64,000 nt of DNA from Bacteroidales bacterium (lineage in GTDB: Bacteria; Bacteroidota; Bacteroidia; Bacteroidales; Bacteroidaceae): positions 10,056-74,055 of the forward strand of contig SFFY01000002.1 in NCBI GenBank assembly GCA_004556745.1, given 5' to 3'. Below, piece after piece: positions 18,782-27,133 of this stretch; position 1 is the first letter of the stretch; each line of letters opens with the position of its first letter. The notes under the pieces were generated by a model. The model saw only the letters and a program-made list of their open reading frames with translations, had not been told where the DNA came from and searched no databases. The position numbers and the translations under genes are program-made.

Positions 18782-19054
18782 ATGGCAAAGAAAGAAAATC
18801 TCCTCGAGCTTAACGTCAGCCTCAACCTCAACCTTACCGACCGCCTTGCGGAAACCAATGCCTTCCGCTGCCTCGCCAACTTTTACAGCCGCCTGCTCGG
18901 CAACTCCTGCACGGCAACCGAGGCCGTAAGCATCACTTACGCCCAGCTGTTCCTTTTCGGAACGCTCTGCCCCTTTGACCTGAGCGCAGGCTGGCGCGCC
19001 TGCTTTCTCCTACTTACCTTGGGCGCAATCAAAAACGCCCGCCTTTGGCGATAA
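18782..19054 (+). CDS. Small hypothetical protein with hydrophobic C-terminal half
   Basis: 90 aa, AT-rich leader, own promoter-like site upstream, strong terminator downstream. Confidence 0.65.
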   Translation: MAKKENLLELNVSLNLNLTDRLAETNAFRCLANFYSRLLGNSCTATEAVSITYAQLFLFGTLCPFDLSAGWRACFLLLTLGAIKNARLWR

Positions 19055-19072
19055 AACCCTTTGAACATAAAC

Positions 19073-19119
19073 CGCATCGGCGCATTGCACAAGGTCTGTG
19101 CAATGCGCCGATGCGTTTT
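19073..19119 (+). terminator. Intrinsic terminator
   Basis: Perfect 19-bp stem CGCATCGGCGCATTGCACA / TGTGCAATGCGCCGATGCG followed by TTTT. Confidence 0.85.
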
Positions 19120-19307
19120 ACCTTAGAAGGCATTTTTATTGGTTTAAGACTTTTAGAAGTGTAAACAATTTGCAAACATTTCTCTAATTCCATGCCTTAT
19201 TCTTAATAATATAAAATTTCTTTTTACTTTTTGCTGAAGTATGGGCTTTATTTGTTACAAAGTCCATACTTTTGTTTAGTGTTTAACTCCTAATTTTTGA
19301 TATTGTA

Positions 19308-19979
19308 ATGAAAAAGGTTTATCTTTTTGTGCTTGCAGCGTTTGTTTCGCTCGTAAGCGCCGATGCTCAAATCGTTCGCTCGACTGACAATCCGCAGTAT
19401 TTGCCGACGCCGGAATACACATACGACGGCGGAGATGACGAGCAAAAAGTCTTTGGTATGATTCGTGCCGGTGTAGGTACCTCTTGGCTTTGTGGCGATA
19501 ATATAGATCACCTTGGAAGCCAAATTGCTTATGGCATTGACTTAGGTTTTGGTGCTCGCATTGGTAGCAAAGGTTTTTATTGGGGTGCAGAATTTGGTTT
19601 TAACAGCAGAGGTTGGTCGAATGATACTCGCAACAATTACAAACTTATGGCGCACAACATAAAACTGACATTTACGCAATTCGGTTGGAAAATTAAATTC
19701 GGCGAATCTAATTGGGCAATTGATCCACACTTTGGTGCATTCATCAGCTACGATTTTGCAGGCAAAGGAAAGTGGGAAACTCATGGGCACAAAGGTTCGT
19801 TAAGTCTCAGTGATGACGATACGTGGAATAAATTTGATGCGGGTATCAATGTTGGCGGAGGTATTTGGTACAAGAAGTTCAACTTGGATGTAACCTACAC
19901 GCGTGGTTTTATGGAAGCAATAGAAAAAGGTGATGTTACAAGTGCCAGTCTGTTGGTTCGCCTCGGCTTTGCCTTCTAA
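19308..19979 (+). CDS. Outer-membrane beta-barrel (porin family) protein, AT-rich
   Basis: Signal peptide, alternating strands, KFDAGINVGGG, terminal LGFAF. Confidence 0.85.
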   Translation: MKKVYLFVLAAFVSLVSADAQIVRSTDNPQYLPTPEYTYDGGDDEQKVFGMIRAGVGTSWLCGDNIDHLGSQIAYGIDLGFGARIGSKGFYWGAEFGFNSRGWSNDTRNNYKLMAHNIKLTFTQFGWKIKFGESNWAIDPHFGAFISYDFAGKGKWETHGHKGSLSLSDDDTWNKFDAGINVGGGIWYKKFNLDVTYTRGFMEAIEKGDVTSASLLVRLGFAF

Positions 19980-20009
19980 ATATTGATCAAGTAATGAACA
20001 ACATTTATT

Positions 20010-20047
20010 CTTCCTGAAAGCATCGTGACTTTCAGGAAGTTTTTTTT
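20010..20047 (+). terminator. Intrinsic terminator
   Basis: CTTCCTGAAAG / CTTTCAGGAAG followed by T8. Confidence 0.85.
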
Positions 20048-20084
20048 GCACCGGTAAACGCAAAAAAAACTGCCGTTGCCGCGT

Positions 20085-20335
20085 CCATTATCTCGGGGAT
20101 AGTTTTTACTGTCTCCGAGATATTTTTTATTTTCAGCAAGTTATTTTTTACTATCATATAGGATAGTTTTTGTTACAAAGTTTGTAATATGCGTTACAAA
20201 GTTTCTAACACATGTTACAAAGTTTGTAATACGTGTTACAAACTTTGTAACAAACTTTTTCTTATAGGATAATGAAAAATATCAAGGAGATAGGGGAAAT
20301 TATCTTGCTGGAAATGAAAAATAACTTGGAGAAAA
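20085..20335. repeat. 21-bp-period palindrome array element, copy 2
   Basis: Units at 20172, 20193, 20214, 20235, then the shared flank TTTTCTTATAGGATAATGAAAAATATCAAGG. Outer bounds approximate. Confidence 0.85.
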
Positions 20336-20410
20336 TGGGCACGGGATAGGCAGATAATGGATATGCTTACTGCATATTATAACTTCAGATTCCTATAAAA
20401 TTGCAATCAG

Positions 20411-20497
20411 ATGTTGGAAAAACGGACAAAATCAGGCTAAAACATGTTGGAAAAACGGACAAAAGCCCCTCTCTATGCATTGAAAAAACAGGCAAAA
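20411..20497. repeat. 33-bp-period direct repeats
   Basis: ATGTTGGAAAAACGGACAAAA at 20411 and 20444 (identical); degenerate third copy GCATTGAAAAAACAGGCAAAA at 20477. Confidence 0.75.
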
Positions 20498-20561
20498 GAC
20501 GATTAACCAAAAGAGGAACAGCGTGTTATTGTCTTCCGAAAAGCAGATAGCAAGAACATAC

Positions 20562-20608
20562 AAATATGCGCGTGCGGATGTATCGGTTTGAGACATACGC
20601 ACGCGCAT
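20562..20608 (-). terminator. Hairpin terminator of the T9SS cargo gene
   Basis: ATGCGCGTGCG / CGCACGCGCAT stem 34 nt past the stop. Confidence 0.6.
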
Positions 20609-20641
20609 TAAAATTATAATATGAGGCGTTTGCTTATTTCC

Positions 20642-23600
20642 TTACCGCACCAAGGCTTTCGCCGTCTGGCTGCCGGCACGCACTACGTAGATGCCGGCGG
20701 GGAGGGGCAGGAACTGGGCGGCGCGGCCGTCGGTGATGGCGGTGGCTATGGCGCGGCCGTCGGCCGCGTACACCGTGACGGGGACACCGGCAGGGGCGTC
20801 GGCGATGACGATACCGCCGCGAGCACTGCGGATAGCCAGGGCGGCAGGCGCGGCATCGAGGTTGCTGATGCCGTTCACCACAATGGAGAATGACGGCGAG
20901 GGCTGAGACTCGCGGTCGCCATAAACGGCCGTGACGGTGTAAATGTGGCTGGTGCCCTCTTCTGCCGTGTCGGTGTAGGCATATCCCTCAACGGGCGCAT
21001 CGTTGAGCCGCACGCCGTCGCGATAGACGTTGAATCCGTCGGGCGTGCGTTTCACGAGGCAACCTTCATAGGAGATATTGTCGAGCATGAGGCCCGTCTT
21101 GTTCAGTCCCACATAATGCAGGGCGAAGTAGCGGGCATCTTCGGGTAGCGCAAAACGCTGTTCCGTCCACGTATCGGCGGCTTCGAGGGCAGCGACGAGG
21201 CGGAAATCTTCAGGGGCATTGCCCGTAGTGGAATAGAGGAACTGATAAGGCTCTGCTTCGGAGGTAACACTCTGCGCGAAGAACGATACGGTCTGGCGGT
21301 TGCCCGAGAGACAGGGCGAGATGAGCCAGTCGTCGTTGGGTGCATTATAAGCGGCCCACGAGATGAAGCAACGGTCACCCTCGTAAGTAGTGAGGGGCAC
21401 GGTGGCAGAAACTTTGGAGGGATTGAAAGCCATGAATGCCTGCGGCACATCGTTGTTGGGCCATTCAAAAGTGCCGTCGGTGGCGTTGCCGAACTTAAAC
21501 GGCTCTACCTCGTCGCCGTCGAAGAGCGTCCAAAGACCGAAGTCGCTGATTGAGAAGTCGGGATAATCCTCCGCGCCGTCCACAACGTAGGCCGCTACAT
21601 CGGAGGCATCTGCCTTTGTCCACGAGAGTTCCACTTTTTCAGAGGTGCTGATGCCCGTGAGGCTGGAAGGACGCGGCAGGTTGGGCGCTTCAATGCTGAC
21701 GAGGCGCGAGGCGGCGTTGTTTGAAGACATTTGGTCGCCGTTGGCAAAGACGCGGGCGGTGAGCGTGACGCTTTGGCCGGCCATGTCGTCGGTGGGTGTG
21801 AAGACGAACTTCACTAACTTGGTTTCGCCCGCGGCAAATGGTTTTATTACTGACGAGTCAATGAGTTTTTCGCCTTCGTAGAGTTCCACGGTGGCTTGGT
21901 CAAAGTCGGCCGTTCCGGCATTCTTCACCCGCGCCGTATAGGTGTAGCCGAAGCCAGCCTCGGCGACGGTCAGCCCTTCAAGGCTTTCCATCACGACTTC
22001 GCGCGTGGCGGTCGTTCCTGAAATGGTGAGGTTGTCTACGTGGATATTGTTGTTGGCTACTTGGCGTATATGTCCGTAAATCAGAATGGAGATGCCGCGC
22101 ATACCTTGCAGTGCGGAGAGGTCGACGGTGTGCTTTGTCCAGCCGCCCGCACCTTTCGGGGTGAAGGTGGTGGGGATAAACGTGCGCTGGCCTTCGGACG
22201 TTTCGTAGCCGATGCGCATGTACGTGTCGTCGGCATAGGTGTTGGCATGGAAGAGATAGAAGGAAAGTTGCGGGGCCACCGTTTCGGAGAAGTCGATGCG
22301 CGGGGAGATGAACACGCCCTCGCCCTCACGGTTGTACACCTCGTCGCCGGAGAAGGTGATCAAGCCGGGACCGTCTTGCCCGATGGTAAAGGGATCATAG
22401 CCCGTGCCTACTACCGTCCAAGTGGAATAGGTGCAATCGTTGCGCCAAGGGTTGGTGGCCGTCTGTTGGTTCAGCCAAGTCTCGGCAAAGGGCAGGGTGT
22501 AGTCAGCACCCACGATGACCGTGCCCGAGTAAGCCGATGCAGCCTCGCCGGTCTGCGTGAACGGCGTGATCATATAGCGCACGATGCCCTGCGTGCCGTT
22601 TAGTTCAGCCTCTGGCGTGCCGTCGGTATAAGCCGTGCCCTTTATGCCCGGGGCGATTACGGTGAAGGCATCGTCGGTGATACGGGTCACGCGATAGCGC
22701 ACATCGTCGGAGCTGACATAGCGTCCCTCACTGTCGGTGCCGGAGGGCGAAGCCTGCCACGTGAGCTGTACGCCGCCGTTGGCATTGCGCACGGCCTGCA
22801 AGTCGGAAGCCGGCTGGGGCACGCCGATAGAGAGGTCGCACGCTACGATGGCGCGGATGCTCTCGCCGTCGGCATTGGCAACAGCCACTTCGTAGGTATT
22901 CACGGCCATCGCTGCCTGCGTGTCGGTCCACTCCACCTGCGCTGCCGTGCCTAAGTTCCTGACAACGCCTGCCGGCTCTGCGCTGCCGCTCTTGTAGATA
23001 CGCGCTTCGAGGGGCGCGGCAAGGGGCGAGCCCATAGCGGTGAGCGAGGGCGTGGTGAAGGAAAGGCGGACGGAGGAGTCGGTAACCTTTTCGGCCGTGA
23101 GGTTTTCCACCGTGGCAGGCACGGAAGCCGAGGAAAGTTCGCGGAGATAAAGGTTGTCAATCGAGGTGTGCTCGCCGGCAGCCGTTGTGACATGGAAACC
23201 GATGTAGGCATCGCCCGGCGCGGGCACGAAGTCCACATTGATTTCAACAGGCTCGAGCTGCGGCGCTTGGAAGGTGGTTTGCTTAATGACGCGGTTCTGG
23301 CCTGCCACCGTGTAGCCCGGGCCGATGGTCACGGCGAGGTTGTTGTCGTAGCCGTAATAGCCATAGGCCTGGAACGTGAGGCGATATACTTTATTGGCAT
23401 CGAAGGCCAGGGCGGGCGTGATGAGCCAGTCGTCAGCGGCACCATATATATTAGTATAATAGAAAGCGCAATAATACTGCGTGTCGAACTTCCAGCGGGG
23501 CTGATAAAAGTCATCGCCAGTGCAGTCCGCGTTGGCGTCGATTACTGTATAGGCATCGAAGGCGTGCTGCGTGTCGAAAGTTTCAATATAAGGGATATGG

Positions 23601-25051
23601 CAGGGCGTGCCCACGGTGGCGTAGTTGGAATAAGCCGCCTTGCTCTTCTGCCCGCCGCAATTGACGGTGACGGAGTAGCGGATATTTTCCATTTCGGCGG
23701 GCACCGTTTCCACGAACGTGGCACGCGGGCTAAGCCCCGAGGCAGCCACCGCGCCCGAAGGCAGGCGCACGATGTCGTAGGTGATGTTTTCCGTATCGAT
23801 GAAACCGCCGTTTTCGCCCTTCGTAGGCGGTGTCCACGTCAGCGTTGCCGTGGCGCGGCTTTCGTCGACCGACAGCGTGAGCCCTGTAACGGGGGCGGGA
23901 GCGTCGTAACCGAAGTAGGCCGTCGCCTTGTTCTTCACGCTTTCGTATCCGCCCTGCGAGAGGATAACAGCTACGGTGTGGTTGCCTGCGTCGGCATTGA
24001 CTTCCGTCTCAAACTGCGAGCCAGCCTGCGCGGCGGCGGCAATGGGTTCCTTGCCGTCCACGCTGATGCTGATTTGCACCGTACCCGTGAGCGGCGTGCC
24101 GCCATAGGTGCGCGAGGGAACGGTGAAAGCCACGCGGCCTTTCATAGAACCGGGGGCGGAGGGGGCAAACGTGAGGTCGGACAATTGGTCGGGAGCGGAG
24201 GGATGCGCATTGATGATTGCCAGGGCAGTAAGTTGCTCCTGACGGGTAAAGGCAACGACGGGCGTGGCCTTGCCGGTGGCGAGGTCTACCTCAAAGATGT
24301 AGCTGTAACTGTCCTCTTTCCATGTGTCGTCTGCGGTGAAACCTTTGAAAGCCCAGTAGAACTTGCCCGTGCGGAAGTCGATCGTGCCCGATTGCGGCAG
24401 GTCGTTGGGCACAAAGCCTGTTGCACCGATCACTTGATAAGAGCCGTCCTTCTGCGTCTTGCACAGATTTCCTTTGGCGTCAATACCCCAAAGTTGTCCG
24501 GTGGCATCGGCTGCCACGGCGCAGAGATAATGCGTTTCGCAAAGGCGGGTGAATTGTCCCGTCTCGGGGTCTACCGTCGCCAGCCAACCTTTCTCAGTGT
24601 TGCCGAAGGGGCGCGTAACGGCGTAGATTTTATCCTCTATCGGGTCGTAAGTAAGGTCGGCCGACACGGTTTCTTCCAATTTCGTGCCTACGGCAACGCT
24701 GCGCTCGAGGGTCCAAGTTTCGGGGTTGTAGACACGCCAAGTCGTGGTGTAGCTAAGATAACCGCCCACGATATCAACGCCGTAATATTTGCCTTTAGCA
24801 TAAACGCCGCTGTTGGAAAGTTCCTGAAACGTGCCGCTCGCCGTGCCCTGGCGCGTGAGTGCAGAGGTGCTGCCGTCGGCAGGGATGGAATAGAAAGCGT
24901 AGTCGGGCACGGGTGCACCAGTATCGGTCCACGCATCAGAATAATACAGGTAGCCGTAAAGCGTGGGGGCTTCGTTCTGCGCAGCAGCGGTGAGACCGCC
25001 AGCCATCAGAAACAGCACAGCCAGCATTACGGAGGAGAAAAAGTTTTTCAT
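20642..25051 (-). CDS. Large T9SS-type surface protein: N-terminal beta-propeller-like region, FN3-like and cleaved-adhesin (choice-of-anchor J-like) domains, CARDB-like domain, C-terminal sorting domain
   Basis: Signal peptide; DDWLITP and DDWLISP; TLTWTPP, VQLTWQA, FNVYRDG; ends VYAADGR...LPAGIYVVRAGSQTAKALVR. Confidence 0.85.
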   Translation of the reverse strand: MKNFFSSVMLAVLFLMAGGLTAAAQNEAPTLYGYLYYSDAWTDTGAPVPDYAFYSIPADGSTSALTRQGTASGTFQELSNSGVYAKGKYYGVDIVGGYLSYTTTWRVYNPETWTLERSVAVGTKLEETVSADLTYDPIEDKIYAVTRPFGNTEKGWLATVDPETGQFTRLCETHYLCAVAADATGQLWGIDAKGNLCKTQKDGSYQVIGATGFVPNDLPQSGTIDFRTGKFYWAFKGFTADDTWKEDSYSYIFEVDLATGKATPVVAFTRQEQLTALAIINAHPSAPDQLSDLTFAPSAPGSMKGRVAFTVPSRTYGGTPLTGTVQISISVDGKEPIAAAAQAGSQFETEVNADAGNHTVAVILSQGGYESVKNKATAYFGYDAPAPVTGLTLSVDESRATATLTWTPPTKGENGGFIDTENITYDIVRLPSGAVAASGLSPRATFVETVPAEMENIRYSVTVNCGGQKSKAAYSNYATVGTPCHIPYIETFDTQHAFDAYTVIDANADCTGDDFYQPRWKFDTQYYCAFYYTNIYGAADDWLITPALAFDANKVYRLTFQAYGYYGYDNNLAVTIGPGYTVAGQNRVIKQTTFQAPQLEPVEINVDFVPAPGDAYIGFHVTTAAGEHTSIDNLYLRELSSASVPATVENLTAEKVTDSSVRLSFTTPSLTAMGSPLAAPLEARIYKSGSAEPAGVVRNLGTAAQVEWTDTQAAMAVNTYEVAVANADGESIRAIVACDLSIGVPQPASDLQAVRNANGGVQLTWQASPSGTDSEGRYVSSDDVRYRVTRITDDAFTVIAPGIKGTAYTDGTPEAELNGTQGIVRYMITPFTQTGEAASAYSGTVIVGADYTLPFAETWLNQQTATNPWRNDCTYSTWTVVGTGYDPFTIGQDGPGLITFSGDEVYNREGEGVFISPRIDFSETVAPQLSFYLFHANTYADDTYMRIGYETSEGQRTFIPTTFTPKGAGGWTKHTVDLSALQGMRGISILIYGHIRQVANNNIHVDNLTISGTTATREVVMESLEGLTVAEAGFGYTYTARVKNAGTADFDQATVELYEGEKLIDSSVIKPFAAGETKLVKFVFTPTDDMAGQSVTLTARVFANGDQMSSNNAASRLVSIEAPNLPRPSSLTGISTSEKVELSWTKADASDVAAYVVDGAEDYPDFSISDFGLWTLFDGDEVEPFKFGNATDGTFEWPNNDVPQAFMAFNPSKVSATVPLTTYEGDRCFISWAAYNAPNDDWLISPCLSGNRQTVSFFAQSVTSEAEPYQFLYSTTGNAPEDFRLVAALEAADTWTEQRFALPEDARYFALHYVGLNKTGLMLDNISYEGCLVKRTPDGFNVYRDGVRLNDAPVEGYAYTDTAEEGTSHIYTVTAVYGDRESQPSPSFSIVVNGISNLDAAPAALAIRSARGGIVIADAPAGVPVTVYAADGRAIATAITDGRAAQFLPLPAGIYVVRAGSQTAKALVR

Positions 25052-25111
25052 AAAAGGGTTGGGAAAAAGTGTATATATAATACATAATGTGACAACGCTT
25101 TTGGAAGCGCA

Positions 25112-27118
25112 TTATTCTTCCAGCAGTTTGCCAATCAGTTCGCGCAGCTTGTCAATCAGTTCGGGCGTGAAGCCGGTCTCGTCGAGTTGCATTGCGCCGT
25201 TTTTGTCAAATACGAAGTAGCGGGGAATGCTTTGCACCTCCGGTGTTTCCCATAGTTCGGCATCGAAGCGGTAATGGTCGCCGCGAATCTCGGGTACGGA
25301 TTCGCTCCAAGCATCGGCGGGACTGCTGAAATCGGTGACATATACAAAAACGACGTCCTTTCCTTCAAATTCCGCCTTCAGAGGTTTCATGGCTTTAATG
25401 CCTTGGCGGCAAGGGCCGCACCACGTGGCCCAATAGTCCACAACCGCAACCTTGCCTTTGTAGTTCGCCGCAATGGCATCGAGCATGCGTCCGTCAGTAA
25501 CCTCTGGCGTGGGCTTGATGCGGTCGGCGGCTTCTTCGGCCAAACGCTTCAGCGTGGCTTTCAATTTCTCGTTGTCGGCACGCGCAAAGGTTTGCATGGC
25601 CTCGGGCAGGGCGGCAATCTCTGCGTCCGAAACGGCCTGCATCTTGCCAATCCGCTCTTTCACGTCGATTACCCGTTTGATTTCAGTGCACCACTTGCCG
25701 AGCGGTGACTGCTCCAATCCGTTGGCGCGGGCGTAGGCATCCGTCGATCGGGCATCGTTTAGGACGGCTACGGCTTCGGGGCTGCGGAACAGGTTGAGCG
25801 TGGTAGCCACGTCCTCCTCTTTCAGCGTGAAGTCTTTTCCATAATGTGCCTTAAAGAGCGAGTCGCGCTTCTCGCCCGATATCTCGCCCTGAGCATATAG
25901 AAATTGATGCAGCCAACGGCGGTAGCCCGTCAATTTGGCAACATAGCACCCTTCGGCATAAAGCATGAGGTAGCGGCGCGTGCCAGCGTCCACGTCGGTG
26001 AGGGCTTTTGCGTAAGCAAGGTCGCGCGAGAGGGCGGCGCGGCAACTGTCCCTGTAAACCGGGAACGTCATCGGTGCTGCGGTCTTCGCATTGCGCGGCA
26101 CGGGCATCTGTCTCGTCATTTTCCCGAAATATTTTCCGCTGAAATAATCCTCGCAGAGTGCGGCGTAAGGGCTGCAGAAACGAATGAAATCTGCGGAGGC
26201 ATCGCCGTTGAGGCTGCGTGTCAGTGCCGGCACGTCGATGACAATGGTGAGGTCCTTTCCCGGTTCTACGAATATATCGAAGTTCGTAAGTCCCGACCTG
26301 ATGTTGGCATTGAACGGATAGCAGGCATCGAGGGTAATGACCTTTGTGCGGCTGTCGGGCGTGGCGGTACTGTCGGCTATGATTCTATAAAACGGGTAGC
26401 ACTGCGTGTAAGAACCAAAGGTGTGGAGGGAGAATTCGATGCTGTTCAAGGCCTCTTCCGACACGTCACCCAAAAGTTTGATGAAGATGCGGCTGCGCTG
26501 CATCTTGCCGTCGTAAGGGCCGAACGTGGCGGGCGCGGCAGGTTTGGGCGTAAAGGCGGCGGGGGCGTACTGCTTGCCGTCGAGGCGGATACCATAGACC
26601 AGCCAGCAGTCATTGGCTTTTCCCTCAATAAAGTCAAATGTTTTTGCGTTCTTGGGCAGCGGTTCGAACACAAGCACCATAGAGTCCTGCACCGCGCTGC
26701 GGTCTTTCAGGTCAACGGTGGGCATCAGTTGGTTAAAGACAATGGGCATGGCTGAAACCACCTCGTTGCTCACCGCCTTCGGGTCGATGGAGATGCGGTC
26801 GCTCTTTTCGTCCTTTATTATATATTGTGTCCAGTCGGGCACAACGGTTTTGCGCTTAAAGCATTTGCCGCTGCGGACTTTGTATTCCTTGCCGTCGCAT
26901 ACGAGCGCGGCCTCTCCCATAATGCCCCACGACCAGAAAAAAGGTTTTACGAAATGCAACACGGTGGCGGTATCGGTCAGCGTCACAGCCACGGGGGCGG
27001 TGCTGCCGTTGATCAGCGCGGCAACCGCCGGTTGCTTAACGACCTTTGCCTTCTTGCCTTTCGCGGAAACGGCAAGGGTGCAAAGGGCGCAAATGAGCAG
27101 CAATGAGATTTTTTTCAT
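25112..27118 (-). CDS. Secreted protein with C-terminal TlpA-family thioredoxin domain
   Basis: Signal peptide; YKGKVAVVDYWATWCGPC, SIPRYFVFDKNG. Confidence 0.88.
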   Translation of the reverse strand: MKKISLLLICALCTLAVSAKGKKAKVVKQPAVAALINGSTAPVAVTLTDTATVLHFVKPFFWSWGIMGEAALVCDGKEYKVRSGKCFKRKTVVPDWTQYIIKDEKSDRISIDPKAVSNEVVSAMPIVFNQLMPTVDLKDRSAVQDSMVLVFEPLPKNAKTFDFIEGKANDCWLVYGIRLDGKQYAPAAFTPKPAAPATFGPYDGKMQRSRIFIKLLGDVSEEALNSIEFSLHTFGSYTQCYPFYRIIADSTATPDSRTKVITLDACYPFNANIRSGLTNFDIFVEPGKDLTIVIDVPALTRSLNGDASADFIRFCSPYAALCEDYFSGKYFGKMTRQMPVPRNAKTAAPMTFPVYRDSCRAALSRDLAYAKALTDVDAGTRRYLMLYAEGCYVAKLTGYRRWLHQFLYAQGEISGEKRDSLFKAHYGKDFTLKEEDVATTLNLFRSPEAVAVLNDARSTDAYARANGLEQSPLGKWCTEIKRVIDVKERIGKMQAVSDAEIAALPEAMQTFARADNEKLKATLKRLAEEAADRIKPTPEVTDGRMLDAIAANYKGKVAVVDYWATWCGPCRQGIKAMKPLKAEFEGKDVVFVYVTDFSSPADAWSESVPEIRGDHYRFDAELWETPEVQSIPRYFVFDKNGAMQLDETGFTPELIDKLRELIGKLLEE

Positions 27119-27133
27119 GAAAAGGGGATGACT

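Noticed and set aside
20411..20497. 33-bp repeats as CRISPR remnant
   Set aside because: 12-nt spacers, only 2-3 units, non-palindromic repeat.
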